Below, piece by piece: positions 44,301-51,571 of a stretch of 64,000 bases of DNA; position 1 is the first letter of the stretch; the number at the start of each line of letters is the position of its first letter. Under the pieces are notes generated by a model. The model was not told the origin of the DNA and did no database searches. It saw only the letters and a list, made by a program, of their open reading frames with translations. Source of the stretch: a virus; the IMG/VR virus record IMGVR_UViG_3300032242_000468, positions 1 to 64,000 of that record, one strand, 5' to 3'. A program made the translations under genes and the position numbers.

Positions 44301-44555
44301 GCCTAATCCGTCTATAGTGATGTCAGTGCCAGAACCTGCGGGAGTTATTTTTTGATTGTTAAAATTTAATTTACCTAATTCACTGCTAAACTGAGTAACA
44401 CCTTTAATGTCTTGTTTTAATGTATATCCGTCGTCTGTAGATGGTGCTTGACCTAAGTTGGGCATTGCTTGGTCAAGGCCAAGCCACTTCCAACGGTCTG
44501 GAGTCATTTCGGCAAATGACTTTAATTTTTTTCTTTGACTTACTAGACGACTCAT
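32379..44555 (-). CDS. Giant 4058-aa virion protein: beta-helix scaffold carrying about 20 helical C-x-R-D repeats (phycobiliprotein/globin-like)
   Basis: Uninterrupted 12.2-kb ORF. N-terminal LYVTVDGDDTNDGR. About 20 copies of CxRD(T/V)G.(I/M)VD counted by eye. C-terminal FEYVGAG...GKVFFTSTDQNGDFRIG. Confidence 0.8.
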   Translation of the reverse strand: MSRLVSQRKKLKSFAEMTPDRWKWLGLDQAMPNLGQAPSTDDGYTLKQDIKGVTQFSSELGKLNFNNQKITPAGSGTDITIDGLGKSEINFKPSTTVKVSGKLNVTGDTLINGKIRVLGEDPLGTAPFVGNTLYVTVDGDDTNDGRAQDASRACRTIAGAIRSPYYQEGTTIRVAAGHYFEENPLVLLPNTSVIGNDLRTTFVEPLNKDLDLFHVNSGVYIAQMAMINQRRGSVERYAPGGAGTYTTGAYATAFPPNLGNPIDVYHSPYIQNCTNQSGPWLYDGSMFIPNQTVQIPDAAGTSTWVAGQSTITVYISTGTIAVGMSINDAANEGYRNAQLLLRANRNFLQNEVVAYVNTTYNGFYYNQDTCKRDTGLIVDAITQDLLFGGYSQSNFAGLQYWNQGGDTSATIPGEINTTTKAIQFAGKLAAQVITGTTGTRYQSTVTQITATLLGTSVEAKKVSNDFNVIVNILNRGTVGVTDTIVPNGIVANSATNVVNAYNALQINKEFIRNETLAYIETLRSGFYYNQQNCGRDTGLIVDALALDLLYPTAGNSQSTFAGLQYWSQSTTTNAILPGEFNTTTNAFRYVSSLTQLIVRNITTGTRYQTTSSQVTATYTAATAVESGIIKTDFNTFINILTSGTTGVTDIIVPNGIDKSIATGTVRAYNLIQINKDYIQREAIAYIDAVSSSTHFTYNKETCFRDVGYVLDSICFDLLHGGNKQAVQSGVYYYGYNTSTVLANEMPATLDAYQYLASLSQSIIQNVAVTPYQNTVTQVFSAYTATYIESADVLSIVNTITNIIQNGPSVAADKTPISLTSSTDTYSYQAAKLLESNRSFIQSEVIAYINSKYPPLFDYSKETCYRDLGYMIDSVSIDLLYGGNRQAIQSGVAYYGYTTSTAVPNEIPQVTAAYNYISSILPSIITGQTISPQQTNVLQVTNLVGGQTTQGTQAQLIVSTITNIINNGPSVSQPLSPLPLNPSTNSYVKNAAAILEANRAFIQAEVIAYIGNNYFVYNQPLCFRDVGLIVDAVSGDARYGGNKRSIIAGLSYWSGTNSLITGQQVETVGAIDYLASIAAKVVSNTPLTATYQTSVSQVIDTTKPNGGVTAGRLTTDFGIITTIINGGPTTAPAVVDDIYALIVPSGLSPDAINTASQVTAVTEISTGCYAVTLNNPTIAPSDNATVYFGSTSVYPFLDDQIPEYWSTSTNADRRLDPNGSGGGALVDGNAPSLRSPIQSFVFDAFTQLNQGGIGIHIINNGYAQLVSVFTIFCSTSVLVENGGIASITNSNANFGNQCLVAKGIGQLSFAGIVWNPPFPTNIPNSEYYPIGYWPNAQQVEVFVPDNLNRPHIGQVMEIVPPATYLDYNGNRVPYINSEGYPGYLVASSNTSTVSTGSYTINDIDITDIAIGHTIHIKDIYGNEGPVTGQLYISTGTRVSDVNYRSITLDRPILNGGGDITNNNYLNLYFCGNAYYNVLSSVVDTSISSPISTLAAVLPTGEITTTSQAIAHAGELAVQIIANQLITTTYQTSVSQIIDTNFQHGADAATSVADKFNIIAGIVQNGAGTGPTIIRPSQYVNISEGVNSARRLLEENKNFLQAETVAYVDHIWPSQFVYDDVKCKRDTGLIVDALAQDLLFNTSSQSTFAGVQYWNQQGYVGAIGSELTTTTNAVIHLQGLVGEVLTNVTTGSRYFAGFAYDSVKCKRDTGLIVDSIVQDLLFSTSSQSVFAGLQYWAQSTSTSSIIPGEETTTTNTFKYVSRLVQQLVINSTGTRYQIGTTQNVSLPAASTSATVKADFDVFLNILTSGTAGVTDLIVPNGITASTATDAVNAYNIIRANRAYIQAEGVAYTNFISSGTGFTYSTTSCSRDIGFVVDSIAFDTLYGGNKQAVQSGVYYYNFTTTNTVIPNESVQTLGAYDHISNLLPWIVTGVTTSTYQQDVAQVTNLTPGTLNDAKSLQKSITTITNIITNGQTSSTVKSPIGMTITTTASILNAAAIVHANRDFIAAETIAYVNNYYNAQPFQITGTYKVSTATVNAVKGDFQYIINILQNGIAGVTDAIVPNAITSSTNNDIVQAYNKIQQNREFLQREIVAYVNSTSNFSYNQDNCFRDTGLIVDAIAFDMMYPSVGNSQSTFAGIQYWNQSTSTNGTIPGELATTTQAVIYLSSLAQQVVVNNTGTRYQNTTTQNISLTKATSLDASAVGADFGVIINILQNGTAGVTDTIVPNGRLTNTTSTNNAYAILQANREFMIEETLAYINYISSSTFVYNRDTCARDLGYMIDSVSFDLIHGGNRQAVQSGVYYYSYINTSSVITYELPQVNDAYNHLGQVVSTILLGNTVQKSPGNTATQVTYLLPASANEVVLASRYVSTITNIINKGPVVASPPKPIGLTPNSNPNVANAFSLLLANREFIQNEVIAYIDSKYTGFTYDQNKCFRDVGFMLDSVSFDTLYGGNRQAIQSGVYYYYYTTATVIPNEIPQTTAAYNYIKDLVQPIILGQTITNPQQTLVPQVTSLSYTYDSNKCFRDTGLLVDSFAIDLKFPVKGYTQSNFAGIQYWNQSTSTVGTIPGELTTTTKAIQYLSDLAQQVVVKSTGTVRRFVTTATQVTTGTTATYVQLYAVKNDFQYILNILNSGTSGVTDLIVPNGLTAVSTDATRAYNILQANKTYLQQQTLSYVSSIATGGFTFDTDKCYRDVGYMVDSVSFDILYGGNRQAIQSGVYYYSYTTSTAIPYQSAQTIAAYERLRDIVPQIVQNQAVTPSPNNTATQVTTLTSATIFESTQVQSMVDLIVNIINNGPTVANTATSIGLTATSTATVLNAAKILEANRDFIQNEIVNYVNYVYLVGQQTDVDFVRNHVDLITNIIDVGPSVAQDGTPIPLDPSDTTSTQNAAKLLNANRSFIQSEVIAYIDNRFNTKFKYDKTKCARDTGLIVDSIALDVLHEGTTQSVFSGLQYWNQDGYVNTIANEITTTTNAFRYLSEVIQNVVQSTPVTTSTGNTLTQSLFLPTGITATVAQVAADFDVILDILATGTNSVTDMIVPNSVTASTTVSNIYAFNILQANRAYLQQEAVAYVDYASNPSYVFDQNKCSRDTGLIVDAIVQDMLFNTSSQMTFAGLQYWNQGDYTGSIASEITTTTQAINYVSSLMQLVIQGISTGTRYQSTVSQITNVPHGAATDASAVLADFNIITNILSSGTAGVTDLIVPNGITSSTNVTTKNAYGIIQANKQYIQTEAVAYVNHITSSTGFVYDQAKCYRDVGFMVDSVSIDLLYGGNRQAVQSGVYYYTFSDTSSAIPGEQVKTTIAYDYIKTMLPYIVQGQAMPVTYQNTYTQTISVSTGTAAEVTLAQSKIDLATEIINNGPDIVTVKSPLGVTTSTNVNVVKAANLIHSNRTFIQAEVVAYISQTTSTFTYNRDTCARDVGYMVDSVCVDILYGGNRQAVQSGSYYYGYNSTSTAIPGESTQTLAAYAYLRSIVPKVIENIPVNSGYQLIHPQVFNTGSIGTSVEAAVAQSNLDVITNIIANGPSAAPDKTAIGTTASTATNVINAVQLLELNRSYLESEMTGYISSAYPGFSYSQAKCQRDTGLVVDAIAQDLLFGGTSQSTFAGLQYWNQNNDTSATIPGELTTTTAAIGYVRSLAQQIILSDTSGPRYSTGTQITTPYMGMASAATTLAGNMNVVLNILENGTAGVTDIIVPNSATTTDADTLNAYSILETNKDFIKNEVVARITNDNPGWNFDHTTCMRDIGYVIDCVGFDLTHTGNRQSVQAGVYYYGFGYTTAIPDEIPQTTAAYNYLREIVSNIITGQPVDNVYQIKIKQVTDMPVGTSAEVALVQANIDTITNIIVNGPSVAPAAMPIAYAESTNTNVLNTYNILEVNRDFIKAEITGYIDWTYTGQANYDKNKCYRDMGSIIDSVIFDVVNGGNYKSVNTGEGYYTRKGQYHIVTLEQNVTDPTLFVDGATVNFYQQSYISASGYLFEYVGAGTQYGALPQVGKADPVQSKETIQLNNGKVFFTSTDQNGDFRIGPTLVISQATGVLSGRTFQKSLYAEMTPFVLVIGGA

Positions 44556-44570
44556 ATATTTCTCAGGTTA

Positions 44571-44954
44571 TTAAGCGTTGGCTGTTTCTAGAATACTTAG
44601 GATTAGTTTGCAAGTACCAGTTGAATCGGCATATGCTCTAATGCTGTCTTGACTTTCTAAAATCATTTTACCTGTGATTAAAGAAGCAGAATCATTAGGC
44701 GGTATGTCATACCCTGCAACTAATTCTGTTTGTACATTTGGATCCTGTGCATTGTTACCTTGAGCATCTGGTAAGACTCTAAATCTTCTATAATGGCTAA
44801 AAGTTACTGTATGATCAACTGTATCAGTATTTGCAACCTGTGCCATAAGAATAATAGAAGTTACACCGATCGGAGCAACATACACACTAGCCGTTGTATT
44901 TGTATCTAAAATTTTTGTCTTTGTCTTAAACGTGTTTAATGGAATTAATGCCAT
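44571..44954 (-). CDS. Small virion-associated beta-sandwich protein
   Basis: 127 aa: VYVAP..VTSIILMAQVAN...IPPNDS......KMILES.DSI.A. Paralog of 53209..53520. GGAG SD. Confidence 0.65.
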   Translation of the reverse strand: MALIPLNTFKTKTKILDTNTTASVYVAPIGVTSIILMAQVANTDTVDHTVTFSHYRRFRVLPDAQGNNAQDPNVQTELVAGYDIPPNDSASLITGKMILESQDSIRAYADSTGTCKLILSILETANA

Positions 44955-44970
44955 TTATATCTCCTTAATT

Positions 44971-47900
44971 TTAACCACCACCTTCGCCAACAACCAAGAT
45001 GAACGGTGTCATTTGAGCAAACAAACTCTTTGTAAATGTTCGTCCGCTTAACACACCAGTCGCTTGACTAATTACCAATCCTGGGCCAATTCGGAAGTCG
45101 CCGTTTTGGTCTGTGGAAGTAAAGAATACCTTACCATTATTTAACTGAACTGTTTCTTTGGTCTGATTTGGATCAACTCTACCAACCTGTGGTAGTGCAC
45201 CGTAATTGGTACCAGCCCCAACATACTCAAATACATATCCAGATGCACTCATATATGAGCGCTGATAGAAATTGACTGTGATACCATCTACAAACAATAA
45301 CGGGTCTCGAACTTGATCTTCTAAACTAACAATATGATATGTACCATCTTTTGTATAGTAGGTAATAGCGGCTTCTACTGCTCGACTATTACCGCCAGTA
45401 CCTAAATCATAAATCAATGCATCTATTATTAGTCCAACATCTCGGCGACATTTTTGTCTGTTATATGTAAATCCACTGTAGGTTTTGTTCACATATGCAA
45501 TGGTTTCTGCTTGAATATAGGCTCTGTTTGCCTGAATTAATTTATAGGCGGCTACTACATTACTATCACTGCTTGCTGTTAACGGAATAGGTACTTTTTT
45601 GGCATCAGTAATTGTTGCTGGACCGTTATTAATAATACCAGTCATTACATCAACAATACTTTGAGCCACGGTTGTTTGAGAATCAGTTCCTGGAACAAGA
45701 TTAGTAACCTGTGATACTGTATTTTGATAACTCGGACTTGTCGGAGTACCTGTGATAATCTGTCCAATAACACCTTTAATAAAATTGTATGCCGCAGTAG
45801 TCTGCGGAATTTCATTTGGAATAGATGTGTTTCCTGTAAATCCAAAATAGTAAGCACCGGCCTGAGTAGATTGTCTATTGCCACCGTGAAGGACATCAAA
45901 AGCCACGCTATCTAAAATGTAGTGTAGGTCTTTACTGCATCTCGTTTGATCGTACATAAATCCAGGATTGTTGTTATTAATCCAATTGAGTGTTGAAGTA
46001 ATAATTGATCCAGTATTGGCTAGCAGTGTATTATATCCATTAATAATTTGAGGGTCAGTACTTGCATTGCCATTAGGAACAATATTATCAGTAAGATTTC
46101 TTACTCCATTGTTAAGAATGTTTAGTACTGTTGTAAATGCAGAACTTACTAGACCAGATGTACCTCCATAACCAGAAGTCACACTAATAGCCGCATCTCT
46201 AGCATGTTGTATTGCCGAGGTTGTTGTAGTGAATTCTCCTGGAATAACAGTATTGGTATTTGTATTCTGTGACCAATATTGTAATCCAGCAAATGTTGAT
46301 TGGCTTGTACCACCGTATAATAAATCTTGAGAAATAGCATCAACTATTAACCCAGTATCTCTATAGCATTTTGCAGAATCATAAGTAAAACTAGGATATG
46401 TTTTGTCTACATATGCCACAGTTTCATTCTGAATGAATATTTTATTTTCAGTTAATAACTGTATTGCATCTGCACTGCCTAATGATTTTGCACCAGTTGC
46501 TGTAGATGCAGGAGCATTTTGCGGACCTTTTAAAATCACTCCTGTAATAATATCTAATTCGTTAGCAATAAATGACACAGATCCTGATCCGCTTGGATAA
46601 GCACCGTCAATTATTTGCAGTACAGTTGATGTATTGTATGTTGTTGTAAGTTGTGTATTGCTAATAACAGATTGGCAAACACTACTCATGTAATTAATAG
46701 CATCAGTTGTTTCGTTTTCTTGTCCTTTAATTTTACTTTGTCCTGTAGGATAAGGACTATTTGCTGAGTAACTTGTTAGAACACTATAGTAAGCATTACC
46801 GCAAGTATAGATATTAAAATAATTTAGATTACCTTCTTCATATCCAGTTGCTGTAATGGGATTACTTAAAGTAATAGTTTGATAGGTAATAGTTGTAATA
46901 TAGGTACCGGTCGCAACATAAGGAGTTCCTGTACCATTTTGATCTGCGGTATATCCGTACTGATCTTTAATATAAACATTTTGTCCAACTGCCATATCAG
47001 TTGTATCAATACCACTGATTTGATAACTTCCTACAAACAAAGTACTTGTATTACTTTCGGCTGTTAAGAATCCGGGATAACCTTGAGCATTACGATAAGG
47101 AACGGTATTTCCGTCGTAGTCAACATATTCATCGGGTGGAATAACTTCCATTACCAAACTGATGTGTGGTCTATTGTCAGCACTTGGAACAAATATACAA
47201 ACATTAGCATCGTTAGGGAAATAACCCTGAGGATAATTTTCATTTGCTATAAAACTATTTGTTAGTTTGTCATACTGATAGTTAGGAGGATTATAAACTG
47301 TGCCTCCGAACTCTCTAGGACCAAAGCCCTCTGCTAACAAACAAATATCACCAAAGTTGGCATTACTGTTAACAATAGAAGCAATACCGCCGCCCTCTAC
47401 GTGTACACCAATGTCAGAGAATACTGTAAACACAGAAACTAACTGTGCATATCCTTTATTAATAATATGTACACCTGGTCCGCCTTGTGTTAATTGTGTA
47501 AAAGCATCGAACACAAACGATTGAATTGGACTGCGAGATGACGGTGCATTGCCATCTACTAAAGCGCCACCACCTGAGCCGTGCGGATCAATTCTTCTGT
47601 CTGCTTCACCATTATTGCCCCAAGTACTTGGAATATTTTTATCTTCTACTGGGTACACAGTTACATTGCCAATATAAAGTGTATCGTTGGTAACGGTAGA
47701 AATTGTCGAAGTACTAATAGTAATCAATAATTGTGTAACCGTTGAATAAGTAGCAGGTGGTGCATATTCAGGACCATCTTGAATAATTGTAGTAATAGCA
47801 TCAAAATTTCTTGATACTAAATCAGCAGCCACATAACCACCACCTAATTGTGAATTGATTGTTTGAGTAACAACAGTGGCAGATGTTGCTGTTTGTAATG

Positions 47901-50900
47901 ATTGAATGATTGGCTCATTGGCAATAATTCTTAGAGCAAGTTCTTTAGCAAATTGAATTGCTCCCGCAGTTTCTTTCAACTGACCATTGATAACACTAAC
48001 TGCACCATCCCAATATTGTGTTCCGGCATAGATACTTTGTTGATTAGAGTGATTACTGATATCTGTAACTACGCTGTCAACTATCAATCCTGTATCTCTA
48101 AAACACAACGGTTCGTTGTAACTAAAGACAAACGGATCTATAAATGTTGTTTCAACAAATGCTAAAACTTCTTTTTGTATAAACGTTCTATTGGCAACTA
48201 GCAGATTATAAGCATTAGTTAAATTTGTGCCTGTATCATAAGTTAAAGGTAATGCAGTCTTGCTTCCTGCGGCACTAGGACCTAATCTAATAATATTATT
48301 AATCAAATTCACACGTTCAACTACAACAGCGGCTTCGGCAGCCGTACCAGGAGTAAGTTGTACATTTTGAGCAACATCTGTTTGATAAGGTGTTGTTATT
48401 GTGATGCCTTGAACAATTTTTTCAGTAATAAATTTTAGATATTTGTAGGCCGCAGTGGTTTGTGGAATTTCGTTAACTAGTACTGTACTAGTACTGTTAT
48501 AGTTGTAGTAGTATGTACCTGCTTGTATAGACTGTCTATTACCGCCTCGTAGGGTATCAATTAGCACAGAATTTATAACATAACCTGTATCTCGTCGGCA
48601 AATAGTTTCATCAAATGTAAATCCCGGAGCGGCATTCTGTCGTACATACTCAATAGTTTCATCAATGATAAAATTCTTATTAGTGACTATCAAATTATAG
48701 GCGGCCACTGTGCCTTGGTCTGTTGTTACTGATCCATTTGGTTGTATAGCATTTGTTACCCAACTTGAACCTGTAGTTAAAATATTGATTACAGTTTGCC
48801 AATTACCTTGTATAGTTGTGGCACCTAGTAGTGATCCTGTAGCGGTTGAATATATTTGACGAGAATTTGTCTGTAACGGAACAATAGGAAGATTTTGAGC
48901 AATATTAAAACAGATGTCTCTAGCATGACTAAATGCCTGTGTTGTGGTTGTCAGTTCTGCAGGAATGATACTGTCTGCAGATGAAGACTGATTCCAATAT
49001 TGTAAACCTGCAAATGTAGAGTTTGAATCGCTCTTATAAATTAAATCCATTGCAATACTATCAACAATCAACCCGGTATCTCTTGAACAACTTGTACTGT
49101 TATAGGTAAAGTTTAATTTTGTAAAAGTTTGATCAATATATGAAACTATTTCGTTCTTAATCCAATTAGCATTGATATTAATCAAATTAAGACTATTAAT
49201 AATATTTGTTAGTGTAGTAGGAGTAATTCCATTGCTAACTAGTGGAGGAGTAACATCTGGACCATTAAGAATAATGTTGTTTAGTATTCCTATGTTTTGT
49301 GCTATCAACTCGGCACTGGCAATAGATCCAGTTGAAGAATTACTTACATACTGTGTAACTGTGGAACAATAAGGATCAGTAATTAAAGTATTTGTTACAA
49401 CATTTTTAATTACCTGTGCTAGGTATTCATAAGCCGCAACTGTTTCTGGAATCTCGCCAGCAATGGTAGAAGTTGTAGAACGACCAGTTCCAGTCCAGTA
49501 CTGAGTTGCGGCATTAATAGTCTGTTGATTGCCTCCAAACGATAAATCGCTAGTCAGCGCACCCAGTATTAATCCTATGTCTCTAAAGCATGTACTTCTG
49601 TCATAGGTGAAACTTGTTGTTGGCTGTCCAACATAATTTTGATTCACAAAAGCAACTGTTTCAGATTGAATAAATCCTCGGTTAGCATTTAACAATGCCG
49701 CCGCATTTGAATATCCTTGTTCATTTAATAAAATATCAGTTAATAAATTACCTAAGCCATCTATTGTTGAAGTAGTTAATTCACCACCACCTAAACTAAT
49801 ATTAAAAGTTTGAGCACTAATATTTCCTGTTGTTATTGCTATAGGAGTATTTGTTACAACATTTTTCAAACACTGAGTCAAATATTGATAAGCATCAACG
49901 GTAGGTGTTAATTCAGCACCTAGTAAATTTGAATTGTTAATAAAATATTGTTGGCCTGCATACACTACATTAGCATTACCGCCTAACAATACATCTTTAC
50001 TAAAAGCATCAATAATATATCCTGTGTCTCTTGAACACAAAGATTGATTGTACACTAATGAAGGATACTTCCAATTGATATAAGAAACAATCTCTGATTG
50101 TAGGAATACTCCGTTTTCAGAAATTAATGTTACTGCATGTTGAACACTGGTATTTGCATTAGTAACTGTTGTAATCACTGCTACAGGAATAGCAGGATCT
50201 ACAGTAAATCCTGTTCCGTTAACTGCCATTCCTACTTCTAACTGCTGGCTAGTTAGAACAGGATTAATGTTGATTAATAATGTTGTGGTATTAGCAACAT
50301 AGGTACTTGTTGCTACAACTAACGGAACTTGAACCGTATTGTTTGGAACAAACATTGTTTTATCGTACAACCATGGTCCGGATAAATTGGTACAGTTTTG
50401 AATGTATGGACTGTGGAATACATCAATAGGATTATCTAATCTTGGAGGAAATGCCGCACAGTATGCACCTGTAGTATATGTTCCAGCACCACCCGGAGCA
50501 TAACGTGTTACCGATCCTCTACGCAGATTTAAAAAAGTCATCTGTGCAATGTACACTCCAGAATTAACATGAAATAAATCTGTATCTTTATTAATGGGTT
50601 CTAAGAATGTCGTACGAAGGTCATCGCCGATAACGCAGGTATATGGTAACAATTCAATAGGATTGTTTTCCATATAGTGACCTGATAGGACTTTAATAAC
50701 TGTACCTTGTTGATAGTAAGGGCTCTTTGTAGCACCACTTACAGTTTTACAAGCACGAGTTGAATCCATTGCTCGGCCATCGTTAGCATCATCCCCGTCC
50801 ATTGTAACATACAATACATTAGTAACAACTGGTGATGTTCCTAATGGATTTGTTCCGTAAACTGCAATATCGCCGTTGACTGTTAGTGTTTTGTTTATTG

Positions 50901-51564
50901 TTCTTTGAAGTTTCGGAATGTCCGGAAACATCTGAAAATTAGTTGCAGTACCAATTGTATCAATACTGTTACCATAGATAGTATCTAGATAGGCTGATTT
51001 CCAGACATTGGCTGTAGAGCCTAAAGAATATTGAGAAACAATATTAGTATTTGTTACAAGTATTGTAGTAGATGTACCAGTGCCTGAACTTGTTGTAGTA
51101 ACAGATGTTTGAGTACTTACATATGGAAGAAAATTTGATTTAACTTCTGAATTAAAAGTAATTGTATTAGTAAGTGTGTTAAACCCTAGAGTAACATTGC
51201 CGTTAACTGATAAATCTTGACTAACAAATAACGAACCAGTTATAGTAGTATCGGCAATGATTGCTACTGTGGCACTATTGGCTGGTTGAACAGTTATAGG
51301 ACCTTTTGTTGTGGTTAAAAAACTTTGATTAGTTGATGTATTTGAATATAGATAAAACAGACCAATTGTGGCTGTATTAACTTTAAGAGCATAACCGTAA
51401 ATATCGCCCGAAACATCTAAGGCTGCGGCTGGTTGAAGATTAAGAATACCAATACGTCGTTTACCAACATCCCATTGCATGAGATTGGTATCCATTGTAA
51501 TGTTAACACCGTCACGAGTCAGGTTACTGGCAAGTAACGGACCGGTAATGCGACCAATGGCCAT
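44971..51564 (-). CDS. Giant 2197-aa virion protein, paralog of the 4058-aa protein (about 8 C-x-R/K-D repeats)
   Basis: Shares N-terminal, central and C-terminal scaffold blocks with 32379..44555 (e.g. DLFHVNSGVYIAQM, RYAPGGAGTYTTGAY, SPIQSFVFDAFTQ). GGAG SD. Confidence 0.8.
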   Translation of the reverse strand: MAIGRITGPLLASNLTRDGVNITMDTNLMQWDVGKRRIGILNLQPAAALDVSGDIYGYALKVNTATIGLFYLYSNTSTNQSFLTTTKGPITVQPANSATVAIIADTTITGSLFVSQDLSVNGNVTLGFNTLTNTITFNSEVKSNFLPYVSTQTSVTTTSSGTGTSTTILVTNTNIVSQYSLGSTANVWKSAYLDTIYGNSIDTIGTATNFQMFPDIPKLQRTINKTLTVNGDIAVYGTNPLGTSPVVTNVLYVTMDGDDANDGRAMDSTRACKTVSGATKSPYYQQGTVIKVLSGHYMENNPIELLPYTCVIGDDLRTTFLEPINKDTDLFHVNSGVYIAQMTFLNLRRGSVTRYAPGGAGTYTTGAYCAAFPPRLDNPIDVFHSPYIQNCTNLSGPWLYDKTMFVPNNTVQVPLVVATSTYVANTTTLLININPVLTSQQLEVGMAVNGTGFTVDPAIPVAVITTVTNANTSVQHAVTLISENGVFLQSEIVSYINWKYPSLVYNQSLCSRDTGYIIDAFSKDVLLGGNANVVYAGQQYFINNSNLLGAELTPTVDAYQYLTQCLKNVVTNTPIAITTGNISAQTFNISLGGGELTTSTIDGLGNLLTDILLNEQGYSNAAALLNANRGFIQSETVAFVNQNYVGQPTTSFTYDRSTCFRDIGLILGALTSDLSFGGNQQTINAATQYWTGTGRSTTSTIAGEIPETVAAYEYLAQVIKNVVTNTLITDPYCSTVTQYVSNSSTGSIASAELIAQNIGILNNIILNGPDVTPPLVSNGITPTTLTNIINSLNLININANWIKNEIVSYIDQTFTKLNFTYNSTSCSRDTGLIVDSIAMDLIYKSDSNSTFAGLQYWNQSSSADSIIPAELTTTTQAFSHARDICFNIAQNLPIVPLQTNSRQIYSTATGSLLGATTIQGNWQTVINILTTGSSWVTNAIQPNGSVTTDQGTVAAYNLIVTNKNFIIDETIEYVRQNAAPGFTFDETICRRDTGYVINSVLIDTLRGGNRQSIQAGTYYYNYNSTSTVLVNEIPQTTAAYKYLKFITEKIVQGITITTPYQTDVAQNVQLTPGTAAEAAVVVERVNLINNIIRLGPSAAGSKTALPLTYDTGTNLTNAYNLLVANRTFIQKEVLAFVETTFIDPFVFSYNEPLCFRDTGLIVDSVVTDISNHSNQQSIYAGTQYWDGAVSVINGQLKETAGAIQFAKELALRIIANEPIIQSLQTATSATVVTQTINSQLGGGYVAADLVSRNFDAITTIIQDGPEYAPPATYSTVTQLLITISTSTISTVTNDTLYIGNVTVYPVEDKNIPSTWGNNGEADRRIDPHGSGGGALVDGNAPSSRSPIQSFVFDAFTQLTQGGPGVHIINKGYAQLVSVFTVFSDIGVHVEGGGIASIVNSNANFGDICLLAEGFGPREFGGTVYNPPNYQYDKLTNSFIANENYPQGYFPNDANVCIFVPSADNRPHISLVMEVIPPDEYVDYDGNTVPYRNAQGYPGFLTAESNTSTLFVGSYQISGIDTTDMAVGQNVYIKDQYGYTADQNGTGTPYVATGTYITTITYQTITLSNPITATGYEEGNLNYFNIYTCGNAYYSVLTSYSANSPYPTGQSKIKGQENETTDAINYMSSVCQSVISNTQLTTTYNTSTVLQIIDGAYPSGSGSVSFIANELDIITGVILKGPQNAPASTATGAKSLGSADAIQLLTENKIFIQNETVAYVDKTYPSFTYDSAKCYRDTGLIVDAISQDLLYGGTSQSTFAGLQYWSQNTNTNTVIPGEFTTTTSAIQHARDAAISVTSGYGGTSGLVSSAFTTVLNILNNGVRNLTDNIVPNGNASTDPQIINGYNTLLANTGSIITSTLNWINNNNPGFMYDQTRCSKDLHYILDSVAFDVLHGGNRQSTQAGAYYFGFTGNTSIPNEIPQTTAAYNFIKGVIGQIITGTPTSPSYQNTVSQVTNLVPGTDSQTTVAQSIVDVMTGIINNGPATITDAKKVPIPLTASSDSNVVAAYKLIQANRAYIQAETIAYVNKTYSGFTYNRQKCRRDVGLIIDALIYDLGTGGNSRAVEAAITYYTKDGTYHIVSLEDQVRDPLLFVDGITVNFYQRSYMSASGYVFEYVGAGTNYGALPQVGRVDPNQTKETVQLNNGKVFFTSTDQNGDFRIGPGLVISQATGVLSGRTFTKSLFAQMTPFILVVGEGGG

Positions 51565-51571
51565 CTTCGCT

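Noticed and set aside
32400-45260. Similar DNA at the 3' ends of the two giant genes (~32400-32680 versus ~45000-45280) as a diversity-generating retroelement template/variable repeat pair
   Set aside because: Both copies are coding. The differences are mostly synonymous and not adenine-specific, and no reverse transcriptase is present in the window. Ordinary paralogy explains it.
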